Origin: a virus
Lineage: Duplodnaviria; Caudoviricetes
IMG/VR virus record: IMGVR_UViG_3300042887_003054
Span: 1-29,522 of that record
DNA: 29,522 nt
Strand: one strand, 5' to 3'
Shown here piece by piece: positions 18,001 to 26,490 of this stretch (its first letter is position 1; every line of letters begins with the position of its first letter). Both the position numbers and the translations under genes were made by a program. A model generated the notes under the pieces. The model did not search any database. It had not been told where the DNA came from and was given only the letters and a program-made list of their open reading frames with translations.

Positions 18001-20411
18001 TGAGTTGGATCTTGAAAAGTAAGAAGACTACCTTGTATAATTTCAGAATTTGGTTCAATTAAAATTGGAACTATATAGTCAAAAATCGGATCACTTGGAT
18101 ATTGTGATTTATTGACTTCTATTTTAATAAGGTTTTGACCATCGAAATAAAGTTGTCTACTTGCAAAGTTATTAAGTTTTTGAGCTAAAGTTACACCGTC
18201 CGACCAAATTATATTATTATGTGTTATTTTAACTTTTTGTTCACCAGCAATATCAATATAATTTATACCATCGCTAATTTTTAGAATTCTATAAGTTCGA
18301 GGTACTCTAGCATTGATATTACCAACAGTTGATCCCGCCAAAAGATCTTGCACAATTTCTCTAAATATTTCTTGATCTATTGGAGACATGTCGTCACCAG
18401 TAACTGTAATGGTTTGACTTCCAACCGGAACATACCATGACACAACTGAAGAATCAATTTCTATATCACCGCAATCATCAGTCAAATCAAACTCGGCATT
18501 AGAAAATTGTTCATCAATAATTTCACTATTATTATAAAACTCAGATGAGTTCAAATTAACAATTAGTGATGTCCCCAAATCGTTTTGTTGGGTAATCTGA
18601 GCCTCATCTCCAGGGATTGGTAGTGCATCACCCTGTTCCGCCTGACATTCACAAGTTGTACAATCAGGATAAGTTATCATAGGTAATGATATAATCAAAG
18701 GAGAAACAAACTCACAGTTCTCATTACCACAACCAGAACAAAAACCTGGACATCCAATATTGAAAGTATTTTGTAGACTACTATTTCTGATTCTACAAAT
18801 AATACGACATAAAAAAGCCAATGCTGATAAAATCAAGTGTCCAATTACAATTACTATCCAAGCAATAGGCGTGAGGATATAAAGTAGTATTTGTAATAAG
18901 AAAAACAAAAAATCAAAATCTTTGTGACCATCATTTGTTGGAAATTTGTTGACCTCCGCTTCACATGTTCTGTCTAATATTTTTTTAATCCCTGTGAATT
19001 TGTCTTTCACATTCGCCGATTTATATTGATCTATTAAATTACTTACTGTGTATACTTTGTTATACACCATGTTGTAAAAATAATCTTGACAACTTATTGC
19101 CACATTTTTGTCGACATAATCAGACCAATTCAAACTAAAAGCATAAGACTTTTGGAACTGTTGATTTTGTGTTGTATTCTCACTCAGAAATGCGGGATCT
19201 ACTCTACCCTCCTCATCCCACCCATATTCACGTATATTCGGAACTAAAAAGTCGGCCCTTTGAAGAACATCATTAAATTTCTGATTTGTATCATATTCTA
19301 TTTTGAAACGGTATTTTCCTTCGGTTGGAATTCCAACGCTTGGATCGTTAGATAATATCTGTTCTCCGAATTCGTTTGTTGTTACATAATTCAAATTCAT
19401 GGGGACTTCAACCAACCATGATCCATCCTCATTGATTACTCGTCCACCATTTTCCAAGTTAAATTGTTCTAGAACGGGATCTCCGTTTTCGTCCACCCCC
19501 TCCGTTTGTCTAATTGATAAAATTCTTCCTGGTGATGTTTGACTCCCACATAAATCACCCAACTTTGGTTTTATTTTACAACTTGTAGATCTTGATGATT
19601 GATCTTGAATATAATCCCTGTTGGATGAAGAGAATGTTGATCCCATAAACACAGCCTGTGGTGTTATGGTAATTCCTAAATCTCTCAGATCAAAATCTGC
19701 TCGAGCAATACCTATTTGACATATTTCGTTGTTTCCCCAAAATGGACTTACATTTACACTTCTTACAAAGTTCACAATTTGCGGTAAACTTTCTAAATCT
19801 GTTGAACTTTTGAATCTACCCCCCTCAAACTGACCTTCAGATGCTCTTCCGATTCTTATCAAATCGGATGGTGATAAAGAAAAACAACCCATATCCGATA
19901 AGTCCAAATCCACATTTAAAGCAACTTCACCCACAGGTACTCCGACAATCATAAAGTCACCACTTTCATTGGTTTTGGTTGTGAATTTATAATAATTGTC
20001 ATATACTTCAATAACCTCGGACCTCGTCAAAACATCATTTGCCGATGGAAATGTACCAGTTGCCGCATGTCCAGGATAACTTGGTTCGTAAGGTAATAGA
20101 TTATATCTAAATCCGTCTTCGTTTTTAGTAGATAAATCTCTATATGGATATAATGTTGATATTAAAGGATTCAGGGAATCAACGTCTGATAATGGAATGA
20201 AAACTGAAACTCTTGCATTTGGTATACCATACCCTTTGTTTACAATAACCCTACCTGCAATCACTCCGTAATCGGAGCAATTGCGGTCATAGACATCACT
20301 TTGTCTTAATTTTAAAGAAAGTATTTCTAAATAATCAAAATCTTGGTTGAGTTCAAGTTGAATCTGTTGGTCAACTCCTACTTCGGTTCTTATTCTAAAA
20401 CTTTTTGACAT
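15084..20411 (-). CDS. Large baseplate-region virion protein (1775 aa) with an N-terminal carboxypeptidase-regulatory-like beta domain and an internal hydrophobic segment
   Basis: GRVIV..GYGIPNARVSVF...TKTNESGDFMIVGVPVG resembles a carboxypeptidase-regulatory-like fold; hydrophobic FLFFLLQILLYILTPIAWIVIVIGHLILSALAFL followed by a Cys cluster. Confidence 0.7.
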   Translation of the reverse strand: MSKSFRIRTEVGVDQQIQLELNQDFDYLEILSLKLRQSDVYDRNCSDYGVIAGRVIVNKGYGIPNARVSVFIPLSDVDSLNPLISTLYPYRDLSTKNEDGFRYNLLPYEPSYPGHAATGTFPSANDVLTRSEVIEVYDNYYKFTTKTNESGDFMIVGVPVGEVALNVDLDLSDMGCFSLSPSDLIRIGRASEGQFEGGRFKSSTDLESLPQIVNFVRSVNVSPFWGNNEICQIGIARADFDLRDLGITITPQAVFMGSTFSSSNRDYIQDQSSRSTSCKIKPKLGDLCGSQTSPGRILSIRQTEGVDENGDPVLEQFNLENGGRVINEDGSWLVEVPMNLNYVTTNEFGEQILSNDPSVGIPTEGKYRFKIEYDTNQKFNDVLQRADFLVPNIREYGWDEEGRVDPAFLSENTTQNQQFQKSYAFSLNWSDYVDKNVAISCQDYFYNMVYNKVYTVSNLIDQYKSANVKDKFTGIKKILDRTCEAEVNKFPTNDGHKDFDFLFFLLQILLYILTPIAWIVIVIGHLILSALAFLCRIICRIRNSSLQNTFNIGCPGFCSGCGNENCEFVSPLIISLPMITYPDCTTCECQAEQGDALPIPGDEAQITQQNDLGTSLIVNLNSSEFYNNSEIIDEQFSNAEFDLTDDCGDIEIDSSVVSWYVPVGSQTITVTGDDMSPIDQEIFREIVQDLLAGSTVGNINARVPRTYRILKISDGINYIDIAGEQKVKITHNNIIWSDGVTLAQKLNNFASRQLYFDGQNLIKIEVNKSQYPSDPIFDYIVPILIEPNSEIIQGSLLTFQDPTQSEDPNVGETEFVNTWGSGLLKTVTYANYDDINNSSSSANIYINVPNEPYKIEYPTDIEYFQVIKKFKISELIDISNSVGGNNVVLKNFIQEYLLHTQEISLKSYREFNGDDYQPDDNQVADGYNTVINYLNDNYQCNCIRTFEFKPIECHTNYQNLEVAFLVRGVDPHTPAQEITYDLSRIFGYDGWGLEGAVVTGQYKLNIPIQSTPDYLLAETNDYYTTAVNHNFNNNFTNSPSNQLFYNSYLRLSDQNTGKSGQPDTQNFLSFESDFYKFYIDTGRITEHFVFLGDDFNIDSNDIIYQWSIQQPGYNSLGGYLQYPVDTSAPTLPNQYDDYFTFETEGGITPTNNGTLWNNVEGLPYMTSRLAIIPDFYAEDFQFYTNESCKRNNGEYTPLELSNSKNRVPRPGNGRLMSYTYKLYNDLPNLQYNNKNGMVFRSDRLPASTNEQGSLFQGDGSTPTNIQNLGLESEVSDNRFALHQNTDFYIGTYGSTTFGTLTTQPSQLTGVYTVAGNIGTAGDTGNYEDSVEEYDSANDPAWSGITEILQSFQCGGMTELDCYYIDENNDIQISNVVDTPEGCNPDEVQNGCYRIFNEIPGIVDDISNFNEWRNRFLISFALCRDVFSFDFINNWVNGTLFMPTFQMNTFYDSDNQPYYSYCKDLIAFNEQTNSFYYRSSPWSVQENQFGGTFVGKPGPKKPSSIDLYQGANTKQLGRPTTIMDLGPKDQFTKFVCYSETFEGYNINNLKSTSFNPLEDLINFYVISRLLSVNAFANIDQFFSRPDKRLDGDFSQLVSYQSEFGILPFLGLNYNYDSISFERQFGNSDFLFAVMFTADTETRKVVSPGILPYINFGYPHTQHVPFYKWRRFFGTPYTSDTWFGSEGNNWITQYPFLSNGYQNSDFTNANSDYFNQQLGAGLFALYDENGTPRFDVNSLQLISEPYDKNLIGAPFHFYFGTKVGNSALDLFIKKYGN

Positions 20412-20427
20412 AAGTCGGGCATTTTTT

Positions 20428-20435
20428 TATAAATA
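20428..20435 (-). promoter_or_regulatory. TATTTATA motif inside an inverted repeat
   Basis: 16 nt upstream of the ATG at 20411; overlaps the stem AAATACG-N6-CGTATTT. Confidence 0.5.
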
Positions 20436-20480
20436 CGGAATTTCGTATTTTATAAAATAGTCATATACCAAGAAAAATCA

Positions 20481-22319
20481 TTAGGAGATGTTGACTCCCG
20501 AGAAATTTTTTGTTGAAACCAAAATATCTTTACTCGGAAATCTTACTTGACACATTTGGTTTGGTTGAGCAAAGATGGTTTGGTCTATCAATTGAATTTG
20601 TTTTGTGGTCTCGTCGGAATATGGTTGACTGATAGGATCTGATGAATATTGACCACCCAACATATTAAACACATTTATTGAGGTGACAGTGATGACACCT
20701 GCGACATTTTGAATCAAACTGGTGAGTTCAGCAATATAAACATCTTGACCCATCACTCGGTTGACCGGATCCATATATGTCGAAATTGTATTGACAATAT
20801 TTGTTATTACTTCCCCTTGATTTTGAACCGCATCCAATACAACTTGAACTTGGAATTTCAAATCGATGACTTGTCCGCTTTCAATGTAAATGTAGTCATT
20901 TATCATTCTATAGTTTGAAAGATAATTCGCGACATTTTGTTTGATGGTATTCGAAACTATCGGAGTAAGTTTTCCGTCGGCATCATATGACAACATTTGA
21001 ATTTTAATTTTGTTGTCTTCTTCTGTGATATTAACTTTTGCAGGACCACCAAATTGTCCTGGCATGGTTTGAATCAAAGATTGATAATCGTTGATTGTAA
21101 CCGCTCTCTTTTGTGCCGCGAAGTTGTAAGCGACAAAGTTCCTTGCCTCTTCTATGGTTGGTTTGTCAGCCCCGCCAACGGCAGCAACAGGGTTGGTTAC
21201 TCTCAAGGATCCCCTGACTTGATTATTAATCACACTTGATGGTCCATTAATAGCAAAATCAACATTACCAATCTGAGTAATTATATTTGTACCCAAATTA
21301 GTTCCTTTACCACCGCCGACACGGTATTGTATAAACAAAGTTGTATTTGGCTTAAGTGTCGCACCAAGAGAAAAATTATTACTCAAAGTTTGAATATTTG
21401 GTAAAACACCTGTGTTAGAAAAACTACTTAATAATTCTTGAGAAGAAGTGGTTCCACCACCAAAAGTCATTTTCAAGAACCCTTCGGGTGTAAATTCTGT
21501 GATAAATCTGTTGTTTGTTTGAATATATTTTCCAACTTTGACCCCCGGTTTGTCACTAGGTTTTGTGGAATCTTCCACAAATACACGATCTTCAGCTAAT
21601 GCGTATACCTCATACCATTTGTCAGTAGATGATATAAATTCGGCGTTTGATGGAACATTTGCGTAGTTTGTACCATCTTTTTGAATTACAGAGGTCACCC
21701 CCAACACATTTCTTTCAGGTAAAAATATATTCAAAAATGGTTTTGAATCAGCAGGTGTTACGACTCTCTTGAATACTTTTGTAATACCATTTATGACTGG
21801 TTCCCTTTTAGTAATTGTATAATTTATAAGAACATTATTTGCATCAAAATTTGGTGTTTTGGTTCGGTTGGTAAACCCTTGGGAATTATATTGCGAAGAG
21901 AAATCACAATCATAAATTAATTCGAAAGTTTGACCACCACCAATAACCTGACTTCCCCTTCTGAGAACCCCCAAATATCTTTCATCCTCTTTATCACCAA
22001 AAGCCGGTACAGTAATTGATATATCCGCAACCGCCACTGAAGGTCTATTACCAGGAATCTTCAAACCATATGTTCTTGCGATATTAAAAACAGAAGATTT
22101 TTGTTGAGCAAATTGTAACACGGTTTCCTGTATACTACGGTCAATTTGGTAATTCAAATTGTCTGCAACACCAGCATTTAGATCCAATAATACTGAGAAA
22201 ATGGATGCATCATTGAAATTATCAATGACATCAGGATAATATTGTCTAACATAATTAATGAGGTCGGATCTCACCGCCTCAAAATCCCTACTTGTATATG
22301 GTATTCTACTATTTGCCAT
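20481..22319 (-). CDS. Baseplate wedge subunit, T4 gp6 / baseplate J-like (612 aa)
   Basis: N-terminal YTSRDFEAVRSDLINY...DFN-like start, AQQKSSVFNIARTYG, YRVGGG..TN and AVGGAD...QKRAVTINDY motifs; directly follows the gp25-like gene. Confidence 0.85.
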   Translation of the reverse strand: MANSRIPYTSRDFEAVRSDLINYVRQYYPDVIDNFNDASIFSVLLDLNAGVADNLNYQIDRSIQETVLQFAQQKSSVFNIARTYGLKIPGNRPSVAVADISITVPAFGDKEDERYLGVLRRGSQVIGGGQTFELIYDCDFSSQYNSQGFTNRTKTPNFDANNVLINYTITKREPVINGITKVFKRVVTPADSKPFLNIFLPERNVLGVTSVIQKDGTNYANVPSNAEFISSTDKWYEVYALAEDRVFVEDSTKPSDKPGVKVGKYIQTNNRFITEFTPEGFLKMTFGGGTTSSQELLSSFSNTGVLPNIQTLSNNFSLGATLKPNTTLFIQYRVGGGKGTNLGTNIITQIGNVDFAINGPSSVINNQVRGSLRVTNPVAAVGGADKPTIEEARNFVAYNFAAQKRAVTINDYQSLIQTMPGQFGGPAKVNITEEDNKIKIQMLSYDADGKLTPIVSNTIKQNVANYLSNYRMINDYIYIESGQVIDLKFQVQVVLDAVQNQGEVITNIVNTISTYMDPVNRVMGQDVYIAELTSLIQNVAGVITVTSINVFNMLGGQYSSDPISQPYSDETTKQIQLIDQTIFAQPNQMCQVRFPSKDILVSTKNFSGVNIS

Positions 22320-22320
22320 T

Positions 22321-22797
22321 TTAGATATTAAGTATTACAAAATCTTTTGTTTCAAATGCATCTGAGGTTATGGTGAAAGAAATTTTTACTTTCGCAGTAT
22401 ATTCTTGAACACCTTGTCCAGCTGTTCTATAAATATCAAATATTTTATATTCAGGTTGGTCACTTACATATTCCCCATTAGCAAAAGTTTCAGTGTCTTG
22501 CCAAAGAGGGATAATTTCAATACTGTCGATTTTTAAATTCGGAATGTAGGTGTCTACCGCTTGTTGAATTTCGGCTCTAATAGCTCCAAATGTCGGTCCG
22601 TCCAAAGGTTCGAAAATAAAATCATATAAACGAGTACCAAAATCAGGAAGAAAGTATCTTGATCCCTTCCTTGTGAGAAGAAGATGGATGAGGTTGGATC
22701 TAATTTCCTGTTCGGGAGTTTCAGTCAGTGCCAAATAGTCACCTTTGAGTGAATCCCTAAAAGGAAATGCTATACCATAAGTTTTTCCGTTTGCCAT
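22321..22797 (-). CDS. Baseplate wedge protein, gp25/GPW-like (158 aa)
   Basis: GIAFPF...IRSNLIHLLLTRKGSRYFLPDFGTRLYDFIFEP is the gp25 family signature. Confidence 0.9.
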   Translation of the reverse strand: MANGKTYGIAFPFRDSLKGDYLALTETPEQEIRSNLIHLLLTRKGSRYFLPDFGTRLYDFIFEPLDGPTFGAIRAEIQQAVDTYIPNLKIDSIEIIPLWQDTETFANGEYVSDQPEYKIFDIYRTAGQGVQEYTAKVKISFTITSDAFETKDFVILNI

Positions 22798-22828
22798 TAC
22801 AGATAAATATAGTATAGTAAATTTTTAT

Positions 22829-22891
22829 AAATAAAAAACCCAAACCACTATGCGGTAATTTACGTATAACAAAACTCTACTTTTAATTTAA
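22829..22891. repeat. 63-bp direct repeat, copy 1 (copy 2 at 23502-23564)
   Basis: aaataaaaaaccc(aa/ct)accactatg(c/t)ggtaatttacgtataacaaaactctacttttaatttaa; 60/63 identical by manual alignment. Confidence 0.95.
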
Positions 22892-22898
22892 TCCTTTT

Positions 22899-23483
22899 CT
22901 AAAACTCCTGATTCCTCTTTTTCCTTTCATACTCAAGCTCATACTCACGCTTAGCATCACAATCGTAAGACCATTTTTCGGAGTTTTCTTTCATAACGGC
23001 ATCAAGGTATTTTTGTGTGGACTCATCAGATTTTGTTCTATGAAATTCATTTTTCATGTTAAATAGGTCTCTTATACACAACACACCTATTATTGCATCG
23101 GCAGGTATTTTTTCATCAGTAACAATTGCTATTTTGGTATAATCGTGTTGTTTTTCATTATATAATGCTGGGTCATACCACCATTTGTTTTTTAATAATG
23201 TTGTATCAATAACCACAACCCCTTCAGTATCTCGTTGTGACCATATTTCATGATACCCATTCATGGCGAAAACACTACATGGGTATCTATAGTTAGTCCA
23301 TTGTGAAGATTTTGAAGCACAATGAGGTTCAATACCATTATTGTAAATTAATAATGGATCTATAGTGGTGGAATGTAAAATATATTTTTTTAACTCCCCA
23401 TCAGGTAACGGAATTGCATCGTCAAAACTATCCCACTTCCAGTTAGCTTCTTCCCGTAATATTCTTTTAATTAATTCTCTCAT
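22899..23483 (-). CDS. Putative ADP-ribosyltransferase-fold protein with MRELIKRILREE leader (194 aa)
   Basis: YILHST...IYNNGIEP...SVFA...VVVIDTT.L...IVTDEKIPADAI follows the strand order of the His-type ART / Tpt1-like fold; judged by eye only. Confidence 0.55.
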   Translation of the reverse strand: MRELIKRILREEANWKWDSFDDAIPLPDGELKKYILHSTTIDPLLIYNNGIEPHCASKSSQWTNYRYPCSVFAMNGYHEIWSQRDTEGVVVIDTTLLKNKWWYDPALYNEKQHDYTKIAIVTDEKIPADAIIGVLCIRDLFNMKNEFHRTKSDESTQKYLDAVMKENSEKWSYDCDAKREYELEYERKKRNQEF

Positions 23484-23501
23484 AGTAATAAATATTATTA
23501 G

Positions 23502-23564
23502 AAATAAAAAACCCCTACCACTATGTGGTAATTTACGTATAACAAAACTCTACTTTTAATTTAA
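23502..23564. repeat. 63-bp direct repeat, copy 2; covers the 3' end of the 140-aa gene plus a small hairpin and T-tract
   Basis: Matches 22829-22891; minus strand reads TACCAC-ATA-GTGGTA-GGGG-TTTTTT after the stop. Confidence 0.95.
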
Positions 23565-23955
23565 CATTAGTCCAAAAAGAATTATTCCTATCCATATATT
23601 GATACAACAGAAATATAGACGATATTCTATGTGCCCCATCTTGTATCTTATCATCTATAACTACAATAGGTGGTAAGATTTCCAAAGATTGAGGATTATT
23701 CTTCATATAGTTAGCATACTCTATTACCTTTTTTGTTACACCCCATGAATAATCTTTATTCATTATATCTTCCACAACTTCTTTATAATATGGTATATCT
23801 TTTATTCTTCCATCCAAAATTTCATCTATGGTAAGATAATCTACTCTACAATCCATATTATCTTTTTGTTCTTGTGATATTGGTTCACCTGATGATTCAC
23901 CTGGTTGTGGAACATTAAATTCTTCCTTTAATATTCTTTTAATTAATTGTCTCAT
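23533..23955 (-). CDS. ParB/sulfiredoxin-like domain protein with MRQLIKRILKEE leader (140 aa)
   Basis: LPPIVVIDDKIQDGAHRI matches the PI.V....DG.HR motif of the ParB/Srx superfamily. Confidence 0.7.
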   Translation of the reverse strand: MRQLIKRILKEEFNVPQPGESSGEPISQEQKDNMDCRVDYLTIDEILDGRIKDIPYYKEVVEDIMNKDYSWGVTKKVIEYANYMKNNPQSLEILPPIVVIDDKIQDGAHRISSIFLLYQYMDRNNSFWTNVKLKVEFCYT

Positions 23956-23974
23956 GAAAAATAAATATTATTAG

Positions 23975-24007
23975 AAATAAAAAACTCCAACACTTGGTTG
24001 GAGTTTT
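23975..24007 (-). terminator. Intrinsic terminator downstream of nrdA
   Basis: Minus strand AAAACTCCAAC-CAAGT-GTTGGAGTTTT-TTATTT: an 11-bp perfect inverted repeat plus U-tract, 5 nt after the nrdA stop. Confidence 0.85.
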
Positions 24008-24012
24008 ATTTG

Positions 24013-26478
24013 TTATGCTGAACAAGTCAAACAGTCGGGATCATCTATTGAACATACTTTTGACATCATCTCGGTTGTGATTTCATCAGGAATATTTACC
24101 TGTGTTACAGGAACCGATTGTATCAAATAATCTTCATTGATTTTTATTTCATTCATATCAACTCCGAGTCCTTTAAGTGCCGAAGCTTTAGCTTTGGTTC
24201 TCAAATAATACATACCCGTCTTTAGTCCAAGTCCCCAACCGTAGAAATGTGCTGAAGAAAGTTTTGAGTGAGTAACATCTTTCATAAACATATTGAGAGA
24301 TTGTGATTGATCAATGAAGATCGCTCTGTCTCTTGCCATATCAAGAAGATTTTTACCTTTCATCTCCCAAACTGTCTTGTAAGTTTCTTTGATGTGGTCA
24401 GGAATTTCGTTGATATTTTGAATTGATCCTTCCTCAGCAAAAAGTTTAACTCGGATTTCATTGTTCCATAGACCGAGATCAACCAAGTCCTCTACAAGAT
24501 ATTTGTTGATTACAACATATTCACCTGAAAGGGTATTTCTCTTATAGAGGTTGGAGGTGAAGGGTTCAAAACATTCGTTGTTTCCAAGAATCTGTGCTGT
24601 AGATGCGGTTGGCATCGGTGCCAACAACAATGAGTTTCTCAATCCTTTTTCGATAATAGATGTCTTCAACTTATCCCAATCCCATCTTCCTGATAGATCA
24701 TCACCTTCATTGATATTCCACATATCAAATTGTAAAATACCTTTGGAAGCCGGTGATCCTTTGAATGATTCATATGATCCGTGTTGAATTGCCAAGTCAT
24801 TAGACGCCGACAACGCCGCATAATACATCGTTTCAAAGATTTCCTTGTTGAGGGTCTTCGCCTCATCCGATTCAAACGCATAACCCAACATAGCGAATGT
24901 GTCAGCCAATCCTTGAACACCCAATCCAATAGGACGATGTTTCATATTGGATGTTTTGGTTTCAGGTGTTGGGTAATAGTTGATATCAATCACCTGATTG
25001 AGGTTGATGGTCGCTTGGTAAGTAACATCAAACAACTTATCAAAGTCAAAGGTTCTGAATCTTTTATTACGACTCCTAACTTTACCAGTAGGAATTTCCA
25101 CCATCTTGGGAAGAGCGATAGATGCCAAGTTACAAACCGCAGTTTCGTTCTTGTCCGTATATTCAAGAATTTCGGTACACAGGTTGGAAGACTTAATCGT
25201 TCCAAGATTTTTCTGATTCGTCTTTTTGTTCGCAGCATCCTTATAAAGCATATATGGAGTTCCTGTTTCAATCTGCGAATCAAGGATTTTTTCCCAAAGA
25301 AGTCTTGCTTTTACAGTTTTGAGTCCTTTACCCTCACTTTCATATTGTTCATAAAGACGGGTGAACTTAAGATCGTTCTCATCATCATCATATGCGTCAA
25401 TAAGACCTGGAACTTCATTAGGTGAAAACAATGTCCAATCACCATCTTCGTTAACCCTCTTCATAAAAAGGTCGGGTGTCCAAAGAGCAAGGAACAAATC
25501 ACGAGCCCTGAGTTCTTCTTTACCGTGATTTTTTCTCAAATCAAGGAATTCAAAGATGTCAGCGTGCCACGGCTCCAAATAGATGGCAATTGAACCTTTT
25601 CTTTTTCCACCCCCCTGATCAACATATCTTGCAGTTTCGTTAAAGACACGGAGCATCGGGATGATTCCGTTAGATGTTCCGTTGGTTCCCTTAATATATG
25701 AACCCTTTGAACGGATTTTATGGATGTTAATACCAATACCACCTGCAGATTGTGAAATAAGTGCACAATCAGAGAGGGTCTTGTAAATACCAGGTATTGA
25801 ATCATCGTCAATATCCAAAAGGAAACAAGAAGAAAGTTGTGGACGGGTTGTACCAGCATTGAAAAGGGTGGGGGTGGCGTGGGTAAAGAGACCCTGTGAC
25901 AACATATCGTATGTCTTTTGTACCATCTCCAAGTTATCACCCCAAATGCCAACAGCAACCCTCATATAAAGGTGTTGTGGTGTTTCTGCAACATTACCAT
26001 CCACCTTCAAAAGATATGATTTTTCCAAGGTCTTGAAACCAAAGAAATCAAACTCAAAGTCACGATCGTGAACAATCATAGCGTTCAGATCCTTACCGTG
26101 TTTTTTGATAACCTTATAGGTTTCATCGGAAATCATACCTGCCCTTTCACCTGTCTTGGGATTGATATAGTCGTATAGATTTTTAGCAACCGTAGTGAAC
26201 TCTTTAGGTACGTGTTTGTATAGTGAAGTAATAGCAATTCTTGAAGCCAAGAATGAATAGTCAGGGTGAATCGGAATCATTGATGCCGCCGTTTCAGCTG
26301 CCAACTTATCCAATTGATCCGTTGTTACTCCATCATAAATTCCCGCAATTACCTTCTTCGATACACTAATCGGATCAACATAATCTGTATTCAGATCATA
26401 GGTTTGCTTTTTAATTCTGAGAACTACCTTATCAAATTTTACAGGTTCCCTTTCTCCGTTTCTTTTTGTTACATACAT
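24013..26478 (-). CDS. nrdA: Class Ia ribonucleoside-diphosphate reductase, alpha subunit
   Basis: ATP cone (VTKRNG.REPV.FDK), [44 protein letters not shown] and a C-terminal CLTCSA. Confidence 0.98.
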   Translation of the reverse strand: MYVTKRNGEREPVKFDKVVLRIKKQTYDLNTDYVDPISVSKKVIAGIYDGVTTDQLDKLAAETAASMIPIHPDYSFLASRIAITSLYKHVPKEFTTVAKNLYDYINPKTGERAGMISDETYKVIKKHGKDLNAMIVHDRDFEFDFFGFKTLEKSYLLKVDGNVAETPQHLYMRVAVGIWGDNLEMVQKTYDMLSQGLFTHATPTLFNAGTTRPQLSSCFLLDIDDDSIPGIYKTLSDCALISQSAGGIGINIHKIRSKGSYIKGTNGTSNGIIPMLRVFNETARYVDQGGGKRKGSIAIYLEPWHADIFEFLDLRKNHGKEELRARDLFLALWTPDLFMKRVNEDGDWTLFSPNEVPGLIDAYDDDENDLKFTRLYEQYESEGKGLKTVKARLLWEKILDSQIETGTPYMLYKDAANKKTNQKNLGTIKSSNLCTEILEYTDKNETAVCNLASIALPKMVEIPTGKVRSRNKRFRTFDFDKLFDVTYQATINLNQVIDINYYPTPETKTSNMKHRPIGLGVQGLADTFAMLGYAFESDEAKTLNKEIFETMYYAALSASNDLAIQHGSYESFKGSPASKGILQFDMWNINEGDDLSGRWDWDKLKTSIIEKGLRNSLLLAPMPTASTAQILGNNECFEPFTSNLYKRNTLSGEYVVINKYLVEDLVDLGLWNNEIRVKLFAEEGSIQNINEIPDHIKETYKTVWEMKGKNLLDMARDRAIFIDQSQSLNMFMKDVTHSKLSSAHFYGWGLGLKTGMYYLRTKAKASALKGLGVDMNEIKINEDYLIQSVPVTQVNIPDEITTEMMSKVCSIDDPDCLTCSA

Positions 26479-26490
26479 TGTTTTAATAAT

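Noticed and set aside
1742-21239. Small nested ORFs in the structural genes (e.g. 3633-3971, 3682-3984, 10460-10783, 10533-10925)
   Set aside because: Alternative frames of low-complexity or long genes with no independent support.
22829-23564. 63-bp repeat pair as a DGR template/variable repeat, or as IS ends
   Set aside because: Only three mismatches, not consistently at adenines of one template. No reverse transcriptase, transposase or terminal inverted repeats are in the window.
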